Shown here: positions 39,805 through 48,309 of the stretch, one piece after another | Layout of the letters: each line of letters begins with the position of its first letter | Position numbering within the stretch: the stretch's first letter is position 1 | Assembly (NCBI GenBank): GCA_041750285.1 | Contig: JBGSZS010000004.1 | Span: 64,001-128,000, forward strand | Direction of reading: 5' to 3' | Length of the DNA: 64,000 nt | Source: Candidatus Fermentibacteraceae bacterium | GTDB taxonomy: Bacteria > Fermentibacterota > Fermentibacteria > Fermentibacterales > JCC-6 | Program-made: the position numbers and the translations under genes | Notes under the pieces: generated by a model | Database searches by the model: none | Told to the model about the DNA's origin: nothing | Seen by the model: the letters and a program-made list of their open reading frames with translations, nothing else

Positions 39805-40785
39805 GGCCTTCACGCATCGAACGACCTGATCGGGTTCAGGCCTGATGAGGGAGACCGACCACGGCGACAGCGGTCCGAACCTGCGGGCATCGTCCTTCTG
39901 AAACACTGCGACGACCGGCACCCCCATGGCCGATGCCACGTGCATGGGTCCGCTGTCGGGGCAAACGAACACGCCAAGTCCAGACACCTTCTGCGCGAAC
40001 TCAGGGAGATTCATGGGCGGCATCTTCACTGCCCCGTACTGAACGAGAGCATCGGCGATGCCCTCTTCCTGCGTGTTTCCCCAGAAGACCCCGACCGGTG
40101 CCAGCCCGGAAAGGCGCCCGACCAGTTCCTGCAAAAACCCGGACGGGAGGGCCTTGTCTCCCTTGGCTCCCGGATGAATGCCTATCAGCCTGCTTCTGGG
40201 TTCCCTGGGAAGCGCCAGCCTGGGAGGCCTCCATCTCGGCCAGCCCGGCCAGACGGCACCAACCGCATGGAGGGCACGGCTCTCGTGCTGATCGGTCCCC
40301 GGCATGGACGAGGGTGAGCACGTGTACCAGCCCGGTTCGGCACCCAGAGGCGATCCCACACGGTGCGGACAACCCGCAAGGGCGGTGATGACCGCCGAGG
40401 AGAGGGAGAAACCATGGGGATGCGAGGCGTCGATCACAACATCGAACTCCTGCTGCCTGAGCCGGTGGACAAGTCCGATAAGCAACCAGGGCCTTTTCGC
40501 CATGGTTTTCTTGGCCACGGGTATCAGCTTCCACCCCTGGCCTTCGAGGATGTGATGGAAGACGTTGCTGACGAGCACGCTCACTACCGCCGAGGGAAAC
40601 TTCTCGCGCAGCGCGTTCAGCAGGGAAGTGAGCATCACCAGGTTTCCGAGGCGGTTGTCCACCCTGACAACGAGTATCCTCTCGGGACTGGATGGGGGCC
40701 TGCCCGGTCCACCGGACAGAAGAAGCCTTTTCAGGGGTGTCTGGAGAACGCGACGCCCCCATCGCTCGAAACCCTTCAGGTTCAA
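39793..40785 (-). CDS. Glycosyltransferase family 9 (heptosyltransferase-like)
   Basis: ILVVR...LGNLV, IGIHPGA, DSGPMHVASAMGVPVVAVF. Confidence 0.9.
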   Translation of the reverse strand: MNLKGFERWGRRVLQTPLKRLLLSGGPGRPPSSPERILVVRVDNRLGNLVMLTSLLNALREKFPSAVVSVLVSNVFHHILEGQGWKLIPVAKKTMAKRPWLLIGLVHRLRQQEFDVVIDASHPHGFSLSSAVITALAGCPHRVGSPLGAEPGWYTCSPSSMPGTDQHESRALHAVGAVWPGWPRWRPPRLALPREPRSRLIGIHPGAKGDKALPSGFLQELVGRLSGLAPVGVFWGNTQEEGIADALVQYGAVKMPPMNLPEFAQKVSGLGVFVCPDSGPMHVASAMGVPVVAVFQKDDARRFGPLSPWSVSLIRPEPDQVVRCVKALFG

Positions 40786-42062
40786 GCTCTCTCCCCGTAA
40801 TGGGTCCAGCCGTCAGCCCTTGTTATGCTTACATCAAGGAAGCTCCCCGCGCGGGTTCCGTCATCGGGAACGACTACCACCCTGTTCCCGGGAGTCCTGC
40901 CGATGAGCTGGCCCTTCCGGGTCCCGGGGCCCGTGACAAGCACGGGAAGGCAGCGCCCGACAAGCAGGGACGATCTCTCGCGCGTAACGGCATTCTGAAG
41001 CTCCTGCAGCCTGTGAAGCCTTGCAAGCCTTTCGGGAACGGGAATGGAGCCGGGCATCCCGGCGGCCCTGGTTCCCTTTCTCTCGCTGTAGCGGAAGAGG
41101 AAGCCGTAATCGAAGCGAACCCCGGAGAGCAGGGAGAGGCTATCCTGAAAATCAGCCTCGGATTCTCCGGGAAAACCGGCGATCATGTCGGTGGAGAGCA
41201 CTATCCCGGGCATTCTGTCGCGGAGCATGGCAATCTTTTCAAGGTATTCAGACCTTGTATAGCCCCTGTTCATGCCCCTGAGAACGGCGTCACTGCCTGA
41301 CTGGGCAGGCAGGTGAACGGCCCGGCAGATGTTCGGATGGCTGGCCATGACATCGGCCAGGACCTCGTCGAGGTCCCTGGGATGGCTGGTGACGAACCTT
41401 ATCCATGCCGGCGCAGCGGCCCTGGCCACACTGTCGAGAAGGCCCGGGAACGCAACCTGTCCGCTTCTGTATGAATTGACGTTCTGACCGAGCAGTGTGA
41501 TCTCCCGGTAGCCCGATTCCACGAGGCTCCTGACCTCCCCGAGGATGGCTTCCGGCGTTCTGCTTCGCTCCCTGCCCCTCACGAAGGGAACGATGCAGTA
41601 GCTGCAGAAATTGTCGCACCCCCTTGTGATGGTCACGAAAGCCCTTGGAAACGTGTCACGAACCGATGGCAGGGTTTCGTAGTCGTCCGATCCCTGTTCG
41701 ACCATGGCCGTCCTGGAACCGGACGCAATCAGTTCGGGAAGCCGATGGTAGGCGTCGGGGCCAACGACCAGGTCGATCTGCGGAAACCGCTCGAGGAGGC
41801 TGTCGCCGTGCTCCTGGGCCACGCATCCGCATATCACGACAAGCGGCTTCCTGCCGCGGGAGCCCCCGGCGAGCTGGGTGGCCCTGCCGAGGGCCCTGAC
41901 CTCGGCACGCTCGCGGACGGCACAAGTGACAACAATGATCACGTCGGCTTTTTCCGGGCTTTCCGATCTTTCGTGACCGGACGAGAGAAGGATGCCCTCA
42001 AGCTGCTGGGAATCCCTCACGTTCATCTGGCAGCCATAGACTTCCATGTGGTATGCAGGCAT
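40782..42062 (-). CDS. miaB: tRNA-2-methylthio-N6-dimethylallyladenosine synthase
   Basis: YGCQMN..DS, TCAVRERAE, GCVAQ, GCDNFCSYCIVP, LLGQNVNSY, TSHP, TRAM domain. Confidence 0.93.
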   Translation of the reverse strand: MPAYHMEVYGCQMNVRDSQQLEGILLSSGHERSESPEKADVIIVVTCAVRERAEVRALGRATQLAGGSRGRKPLVVICGCVAQEHGDSLLERFPQIDLVVGPDAYHRLPELIASGSRTAMVEQGSDDYETLPSVRDTFPRAFVTITRGCDNFCSYCIVPFVRGRERSRTPEAILGEVRSLVESGYREITLLGQNVNSYRSGQVAFPGLLDSVARAAAPAWIRFVTSHPRDLDEVLADVMASHPNICRAVHLPAQSGSDAVLRGMNRGYTRSEYLEKIAMLRDRMPGIVLSTDMIAGFPGESEADFQDSLSLLSGVRFDYGFLFRYSERKGTRAAGMPGSIPVPERLARLHRLQELQNAVTRERSSLLVGRCLPVLVTGPGTRKGQLIGRTPGNRVVVVPDDGTRAGSFLDVSITRADGWTHYGERA

Positions 42063-42069
42063 CAGAGCA

Positions 42070-42672
42070 TCATCCCGGAATGGTCAGTTCCATGACCAAT
42101 CCGGCAAAGATCGGGATGCGAAGGTTGTCGTCGAGCGGAAGGTCGACGAGTTCCGCCAGGGCTGCCACGATGCTTCCCGCGAGGAGGCCAGCGGGTGTGA
42201 GAACCCATCCCAGACCGGCCGAGAGGGACAGAAGCAGCCAGGAGGCCCCCAGACAGGCTACAAGGGCTGAAAGTGTGCCTTCAAGGGTCCTGCCGCCGAA
42301 GAGGTGCGTCACGCCGAAATGCCTTCCCACGAGGGCGGCGGCGCTGTCTCCGAGGCTCAGGAAGACAAGGGATGCCACGGCGATCTCGGTTCTGAACACC
42401 ATGATAGTCAGCGCAGCGCTGGCAATGACAACCGTGGATGCCGTCATCCCCCCCTCCTGCTCCTTGGGGCGAAGCATCCTTCCGAACATGGCAAGGAAGA
42501 ACCTCCTGAATACTTCGTTCCTCGCCCGGAGCAGGTCGAGGAGAAGGAGGAAAAGTGCCGCCGCGCAGAGAAAAAGCACCATGTCGGTGCGCTGGATGAA
42601 CACCGCGGCCACGGGAATGACGACTGAAGCCGCATGAACGGCTTTCCTGAGTATCTCTTCGAAGAGGGGCAT
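42070..42672 (-). CDS. Diacylglycerol/polyprenol kinase (dolichol/phytol kinase-like) membrane protein
   Basis: RKAVH, LGDSAAALVGRHFG, RTLEG, AE......DDNL.IP. Confidence 0.85.
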   Translation of the reverse strand: MPLFEEILRKAVHAASVVIPVAAVFIQRTDMVLFLCAAALFLLLLDLLRARNEVFRRFFLAMFGRMLRPKEQEGGMTASTVVIASAALTIMVFRTEIAVASLVFLSLGDSAAALVGRHFGVTHLFGGRTLEGTLSALVACLGASWLLLSLSAGLGWVLTPAGLLAGSIVAALAELVDLPLDDNLRIPIFAGLVMELTIPG

Positions 42673-42677
42673 TTCCT

Positions 42678-43760
42678 TCAGAAACCGATGCCGACGCTGA
42701 ACCTGTGAGTGTTCTCCAGCTCGTCGTGACCCAGCCAGGCGTAGTCGAGGGTGACCGGCATTCCGAACAGGCCAATCTTCAGGCCGATGCCCGCAGTCAT
42801 GTTGCCTTCGCTCGACCCAAGCCTGATCCCGACCGTGTCCCGGATAAGCAGTTCGATACCGGCCCTGGTATCGAGGCTGACCTCGCCCCTGCTGTATTGT
42901 GCGGAGTACTTGCGGCCCTCGAACCTGAAATCACCGTCGAGACCAACGGTGAGCACGGATGAGAACTTGCTCAAAGGTATCGAGAAGGCTGTGCCCACCT
43001 TGGCCGTGGGGTTAACGACCTCGGTGTGGCCGTTGTTCCAGAAAAGGTGGGTTCCGGTGATGTCCTGCAGGTTCAACCCCACTGAAAAAGCCGTGGTGGG
43101 CTTCCAGAGAAGTGCGGCGTCGAGCCCCAGCCCCCAGGCGCTGTAGTCCATGAGGTCGCGGTAGACCATTTTCACGTTGGCCCCGATGGAGAAGTCTTCC
43201 GAAAGGGGTCTGGCCCAGGAAAGGTAGAGGGCGTTGTCGGATGCGCTCTGCCAGGTTATGCGGCCCTCGTCGTAGATGATCTCTTCCCCGGGATCCCATT
43301 CGTTGTTGCCCTCGGTTCCACCGGGATTGGTGTCGGGGTCGTAGTCGTCGTTGCCCGAGTCTCCCGGTTCGCCCTGGCCGTCCTGGCCGAAGACGCCGTC
43401 GGCGCCAGTATCGTACCACTGCAGATTGCCGGTGTTGGCTATGCTGCCAAGATCGGTTCTGAAAAGCGATGCCCCGAGGGCGTCTGTTCCGAGTTTCCTG
43501 GTGTAGGCGAGGTAATCGTAGGCTATGAGCCCCCCGAACCTCTCGGAATGCATGAAGGAAGCGGTCTGACCAGTTGTGGCCGTGAGGCCGGCGGGATTCC
43601 AGTATCCGGCCGTCCCGTCGTTGCTTATGGCGGAGAATGCCCCGCCCATTGCCAGCGCACGTGCGCCGGCGCCCACGTACATGAACTCACCCGCATACTT
43701 CGCGGCGTGCGCGGAGCCGAGGGTCAGCACAGCAAAAATGGCCACCAGAGGTGTTTTCAC
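42678..43760 (-). CDS. PorV/PorQ family outer-membrane protein
   Basis: GAGARALAMGGAF.A...D..A.YWNPAGL N-terminus; DYAW....L..THRFSVGIGF C-terminus; acidic Gly/Asp insertion. Confidence 0.8.
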   Translation of the reverse strand: MKTPLVAIFAVLTLGSAHAAKYAGEFMYVGAGARALAMGGAFSAISNDGTAGYWNPAGLTATTGQTASFMHSERFGGLIAYDYLAYTRKLGTDALGASLFRTDLGSIANTGNLQWYDTGADGVFGQDGQGEPGDSGNDDYDPDTNPGGTEGNNEWDPGEEIIYDEGRITWQSASDNALYLSWARPLSEDFSIGANVKMVYRDLMDYSAWGLGLDAALLWKPTTAFSVGLNLQDITGTHLFWNNGHTEVVNPTAKVGTAFSIPLSKFSSVLTVGLDGDFRFEGRKYSAQYSRGEVSLDTRAGIELLIRDTVGIRLGSSEGNMTAGIGLKIGLFGMPVTLDYAWLGHDELENTHRFSVGIGF

Positions 43761-44098
43761 AACTTGCTCCCGTCGACCAGGTCACTGATGATCCTTCTGT
43801 CCTCGAGGCTGATCCGGGTGTAGAAAAGGCCGACACCCCAGGATCCGTCGGGCTGTTCTTCCTCGCGAATGACAACTGCCCTTGCTTCGATCTCGAACTC
43901 GGCGAGTTTCATCAGAACATCCACCCTCGTGAGATCACCCAGCGGAGTGTTGCATATGCAGTAAAGGCCCGAGGCGCTGACATTGAGCGCGGTCACGGGA
44001 AGCGAAGGCATTCCCGGAGTGCTCAGAAAGACCGCGACCTCTCCCGCACTGCGTTTCTCAGATCGCCTCTCGGATTGAATCAGCGCATCCTCGTTCAT
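43757..44098 (-). CDS. PilZ domain protein
   Basis: ERRSEKR (RxxxR), NVSASG (D/NxSxxG), GVGLF; start reassigned to MNEDAL. Confidence 0.85.
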   Translation of the reverse strand: MNEDALIQSERRSEKRSAGEVAVFLSTPGMPSLPVTALNVSASGLYCICNTPLGDLTRVDVLMKLAEFEIEARAVVIREEEQPDGSWGVGLFYTRISLEDRRIISDLVDGSKL

Positions 44099-44362
44099 AT
44101 AAGGTCCTACCTCGGTGCTTGGTAAATGGTTCCCCGGCTGATCCCGCAAAGCACGGCAGAAATATAAGACAAGCGACCAGGGAAGCGAAGTGCGGGACCG
44201 CCCGCACAGACCCTGCCGAAACAGACGCTCCCGGGCATCATTGCGGAAAGATACCCATTCCCGTATGTTCCGCAAGGTCAATCTTGACAGTGGGGGGTTT
44301 TTGTCAAAGTATACCGCTGTATGCCGGGGTCCGGCTTCTCAACACCAATGAAAGAGGGGAAA

Positions 44363-44722
44363 ATGAACGAGTTCAATATCAGCCCCAAGGAGATCGAAGA
44401 GGGCAAGACCATGGGCGGCGTGGCCTACATAACCTGGATCGGCCTGCTCATAGCTTTCATCACCGGGAAAGAGAACCGTTACGTCATGTACCATGTCCAG
44501 CAGGCTCTCATCGTTCTTCTCTTCGCCCTGCTCACCCCCATCCCGGTGCTCGGCTGGATCATCGGCCTCGGCTGCCTTGTTTTCGCAATAATCGGCCTTC
44601 TCAACGGCTTCGGCGGCAAGGTCCAGCCTGTTCCCGTCATCGGCACCATCGGCTACAAGTTCAACCTCGTTAAGCCTGCGGCCGCACCCACCCAGAGCGC
44701 CGGCACTCCCGACGTCGAATAG
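44363..44722 (+). CDS. DUF4870-like membrane protein
   Basis: K.M...AY, YHVQQAL, IPVLGW, P.P.IG. Confidence 0.75.
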   Translation: MNEFNISPKEIEEGKTMGGVAYITWIGLLIAFITGKENRYVMYHVQQALIVLLFALLTPIPVLGWIIGLGCLVFAIIGLLNGFGGKVQPVPVIGTIGYKFNLVKPAAAPTQSAGTPDVE

Positions 44723-44731
44723 CTTTTCCCT

Positions 44732-45823
44732 TCAGAGATCGATGGGGGCGGTTTCGGCCGCCCCCTTTCTCATGGTTCTTCCTATGGTGAGTTCGTAAAG
44801 ACCAACCCCGGCATCCTTCAACAGGATCCCGGCGAGTTCCGACCTCTCCTCCCTCCCGCGACAGAGGACCTGGGCGGTCCCGTCGCCCTGCGATCCCACC
44901 CCCTTGGCGCCCCACGCAAGCCCGCGAAGCGCGGGATGACAAAGCAGGGCGTGAAGTGCGGGAGAAGAGAGCTCACCCGGACAGCACGGAGCCACATGTT
45001 CGTCGAAGACCTTCTGTGCGCGGCCCATGAGCAGGCCAAGCGTCCGGGCATCCCCTTCCGAAAAGGCTTTGCATGCTTCTTCAAGGATGACCCTGTTCAC
45101 AGGCCCGAGCGCGTTCCTCAGCCCCCGGTCACCCCTGAGGAAGGCTTCGTTCAGGTCCCTGAGAATCCTGCGGGTATCCTTTCTTCCCTTGAGGTCGACG
45201 ATCAGGTAGTGGAACTCCCCGCCCGAAGGAAGCCCTTCGAAACCGAAACCGTCGCCGTCGAACGTGAGAAGCACCGGACGCCCCTTTCCCAGGGCGCAGG
45301 CCTGGTCCATCCTTCCGCACTCGCTTCCCGTCATCAGTTCGCCCCTGTATGCAAGGTCCATCTCCTCCTCCACGGACAATCCCAGGCCGTAGACGAGGTT
45401 GTATGCACGGGCCGTGAGAACGCAGATGGCTGCGGATGAGGACAATCCCTTCCCGAGCGGAAGGGTGCGGCGCAAAACATCCAGCCTGAGGCCGCCGACA
45501 CCGAGTTCCCGAACCATGAGGGCGGCGGTTCCGGCAGCGTAGGAATCGAACGAACGGCTCAACGCAACGCCCTGCAGAACCTGGTACTCCGCCCTGTATG
45601 TGTTGAACAGGCGCTCGTCACCGGAAGGGGAAACCTGAGTCAGCTCGAAGAAGTCCCCGGCACCCCGGGCTCTGGCGAAAAGTCCCTGATCGGTGCCTGC
45701 CATCAGGCACCTCCCGGGCTCGACGGAGGGGTCGGTGAGCCTGTGCGTGCCCGCCCAGTCCGAATGCTCCCCGAAAAGGCAGAGCCTTCCGGGAACGAAA
45801 AGGTCAAAACTGCCGTTGTTCAC
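44732..45823 (-). CDS. GHMP kinase (galactokinase/mevalonate-kinase-like)
   Basis: PGRLCLFGEHSD, PLGKGLSSSAA, CGRMDQ, GAKGVGSQGDG. Confidence 0.88.
   Translation of the reverse strand: MNNGSFDLFVPGRLCLFGEHSDWAGTHRLTDPSVEPGRCLMAGTDQGLFARARGAGDFFELTQVSPSGDERLFNTYRAEYQVLQGVALSRSFDSYAAGTAALMVRELGVGGLRLDVLRRTLPLGKGLSSSAAICVLTARAYNLVYGLGLSVEEEMDLAYRGELMTGSECGRMDQACALGKGRPVLLTFDGDGFGFEGLPSGGEFHYLIVDLKGRKDTRRILRDLNEAFLRGDRGLRNALGPVNRVILEEACKAFSEGDARTLGLLMGRAQKVFDEHVAPCCPGELSSPALHALLCHPALRGLAWGAKGVGSQGDGTAQVLCRGREERSELAGILLKDAGVGLYELTIGRTMRKGAAETAPIDL
44744..44770 (+). terminator. Intrinsic terminator after 44363-44722
   Basis: GGGGGCGG-TTTCGG-CCGCCCCC-TTTCT, overlapping the 3' end of the convergent kinase gene. 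Confidence 0.6.
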
Positions 45824-45835
45824 GATTCAAGCCGT

Positions 45836-47737
45836 TCACGAAAGCGGTTTCCCCTGATCGTCCCATCCGCGGAGGGCGTAGAGCTCGGACAACTGCTCCC
45901 GGAAAGCCTGAGGATCGAGGCTCATTGGGTGGCCGATGAAGGGGTTTACGAGGTTCTCGGGCCTTTGGAAGTACGGTATCACCGATTCGTCATCGGCCCT
46001 GCACCTGCCGAAATTCCTGATCAGAAGCCTTCGCTCGAGGCTCAGCACCCTGGCGCTGGCAGCGTCCATCTCCGCGTCGGTCCACCCGATGCCCGTCAGG
46101 GCGTTGAACATGTGCCTCTCGAAGGTGGGACCCTCCATGTCCCCCGCCCTTGCGAAATTGTCTTCGGTCCTGTTCGAGTAGATCCTCGGGAACACCTGGT
46201 CCCCAACGGTGAGAGAATCCTTCATCACGGACCGGTTGCCGTGCCATGCCGCTGCTATGGCCTTTGCCCCGTAACCGCTCCGGGGGTCGGCGGCATCGGT
46301 CGTGCCGTACACCCTTGCGGAAACCTCCTTTATCCTCTCCCAGGAAAGGCCGTGCACAGGCGAGCAGATCCTGCTCCAGCCCATGATGTTCTGTGCATAG
46401 CCGTGGGCGCTCGAGATGGGATCGCGGGTGTCGATGGCCCACTGCAGGGCGCTCACGATCCAGTACGGATGGAAGACGTAGTTGATGTGGTCGCCGTGGC
46501 CGTCCCAGTGACCCGCGTAACCCCATGCGGTGAACAGCCTGTCCATGCTTTCCCCGCCAACACCGAGTTCGTGACTGGCCCTGACGGTCCCCTCGGCCAG
46601 GGCGTTCCGGACCCGCCCCTCCCTGCGTGATATCCCCATGAGCAGGTGCTGCCAGAACACCGGGTCATCCACGTCAATCGGAACGCCGTCGACTTCCTTC
46701 AAAGAGCCCTCGTCCTTGAGGCTTCGAAGCCACGGCACCATTCCTATCAGGATCTCCCAGTGGTTCAGCCCCTCGTCGTTGGCGATCTGACCAACCTCGA
46801 AGCCCGCCTCGAAACCAAGTTTCCAGTCGTAGAAGCTGTTCGGGATCCCCGGGAACAGACCCGCGACGCAATCCATCTGGCCCGAGAGCTTCCTGCCGGG
46901 GCTGAGCACCGCGGGAACGCTGGTGTAGAACCGGGCATCGTAGCACCTCACGGCGCAGCCCTGCGTGCACGCCTGGAACTTCTGGCCGAACATACGCACC
47001 CTGTGGGGATCGAGCTTCGGTTCGTGTGGCCAGCCGTGCGAACCGTGGGCTTCTGCCCTGACAAGGTCGCAGACGAGCCGGAACCTCTCCGGGTCGTACA
47101 CCGGAAGGGGCAGGGTGCCCCTGACCGCGATCGCCTTCAGATTCTTCGAGCCCATGACAGCGCCGAATCCGCCCTGCCCCGAAGCGCTTTCGGTCTCGGT
47201 GGCGATGATGGCGATCCTGCAAAGGTTCTCCCCCGCGGGGCCGATGGCCAGAACCCGCCACCCCGGGCCGTCCATGAGGCGCTTCTGGGTCTCGTACATC
47301 CCCAGCCCCCAGAGCCCCGACGCATCCTCGACGGTGCACCTGCCCTGATCGATCCTTATCGAGACGGGGCGCGGGGCCCTGCCGGTTATCACCAGCCCGT
47401 CGAAACCCGAATGCTTCAGAGCGGGACCCCAGTGCCCCCCGAAAGACGACCGGGTGTACCATTCGTGCGGATGGCCCTGGGCGGAGAGCCCGCAAACCGT
47501 GGTCCTCCCCGAGAACGGAGCCGATGTGCCCGTGAGTGGGCCGGTGAAGATCATCAGTGGATTCTCCGGGCTGAACGCGCCGGTGCCTGGTCGAATGATG
47601 TCGAAGGCTATCCTGGCAGCCATTGCCCGTCCGCCGTACCAGTCCGGAAGAAGGTCTGCGGTGTCCTGGATGTCGACCGTGTTCCTGGTCAGGTCGATCC
47701 GCAGGATGCGTCCGGCGTAGCCACCGAAAGCGGTCAT
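45836..47737 (-). CDS. Aldehyde:ferredoxin oxidoreductase family (W/Mo-bis-pterin)
   Basis: GYAGRILRIDLT, GGHWGPALKHSGFDGLVITG, IGPAGENL, G.GG.GAVMGSKNLKAI, DEGL, Y.LRGWD..G.P; start reassigned to MTAFGG. Confidence 0.92.
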   Translation of the reverse strand: MTAFGGYAGRILRIDLTRNTVDIQDTADLLPDWYGGRAMAARIAFDIIRPGTGAFSPENPLMIFTGPLTGTSAPFSGRTTVCGLSAQGHPHEWYTRSSFGGHWGPALKHSGFDGLVITGRAPRPVSIRIDQGRCTVEDASGLWGLGMYETQKRLMDGPGWRVLAIGPAGENLCRIAIIATETESASGQGGFGAVMGSKNLKAIAVRGTLPLPVYDPERFRLVCDLVRAEAHGSHGWPHEPKLDPHRVRMFGQKFQACTQGCAVRCYDARFYTSVPAVLSPGRKLSGQMDCVAGLFPGIPNSFYDWKLGFEAGFEVGQIANDEGLNHWEILIGMVPWLRSLKDEGSLKEVDGVPIDVDDPVFWQHLLMGISRREGRVRNALAEGTVRASHELGVGGESMDRLFTAWGYAGHWDGHGDHINYVFHPYWIVSALQWAIDTRDPISSAHGYAQNIMGWSRICSPVHGLSWERIKEVSARVYGTTDAADPRSGYGAKAIAAAWHGNRSVMKDSLTVGDQVFPRIYSNRTEDNFARAGDMEGPTFERHMFNALTGIGWTDAEMDAASARVLSLERRLLIRNFGRCRADDESVIPYFQRPENLVNPFIGHPMSLDPQAFREQLSELYALRGWDDQGKPLS

Positions 47738-48219
47738 CCCTCCCCCCTTCCAGGCAGGGCGTCCTGTTCCGAGTCGGGCATGCCCCTGAAGGCAAACTCC
47801 GGATCGCCCGGTGAAAGGAACCGTATCACGCCGAACCGGCATGCCGCAACGCAGCGCGGTGCTCCCGAGCACAGGTCGCACTTCACCGGAAGGCCGGGGT
47901 CGTCCCGCCAGAACATGGCCCCGAAAGGGCACGCAGAAACACATGCGCCGCAGCGCACGCAAAGATCGTAGCCGATCACCATGGCTCCCGTGAGCGGGTC
48001 TCTGGAAATGGCGCCCGAAGCGCACGCCGCTGCACAGGCAGGGCTGTCGCACTGCCTGCAGTAGACATGCCCGTGTTCGCCCCCGAAAGGATCGAGCAGT
48101 ACAGCAATGGCTGATGCTCCGGGAACATGGTCACCCGCCCTGCCCTGGGCGCAAACGACGGCACAGTTCATGCATCCCGTGCAGGGCACGGGGTTAACAC
48201 AAAGCCGCAGATTTCCCAT
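47734..48219 (-). CDS. 4Fe-4S dicluster ferredoxin-like subunit
   Basis: CTGCMNCAVVC, CRQC...AC...C, CVRCGACVSACP, KCDLC....CV..C; GGAGG RBS; coupled to the AOR gene. Confidence 0.92.
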   Translation of the reverse strand: MGNLRLCVNPVPCTGCMNCAVVCAQGRAGDHVPGASAIAVLLDPFGGEHGHVYCRQCDSPACAAACASGAISRDPLTGAMVIGYDLCVRCGACVSACPFGAMFWRDDPGLPVKCDLCSGAPRCVAACRFGVIRFLSPGDPEFAFRGMPDSEQDALPGRGEG

Positions 48220-48240
48220 TGACCTCCGAACTCTGGCCGC

Positions 48241-48269
48241 ATGATAAGCCGGGGGGGGTAAGGGGTCAA
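48241..48269 (-). promoter_or_regulatory. Sigma70-type promoter of the ferredoxin-AOR operon
   Basis: Minus strand TTGACC-N17-TATCAT; the spacer contains C8. Confidence 0.6.
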
Positions 48270-48309
48270 CCAAAATGCATGGGGCGGCCGGTCCGGGTAT
48301 ATTCCGCAA

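Noticed and set aside
46646..47971. 441-aa plus-strand and 373-aa minus-strand alternative ORFs
   Set aside because: Shadows of the AOR gene; low-information translations with no motifs.
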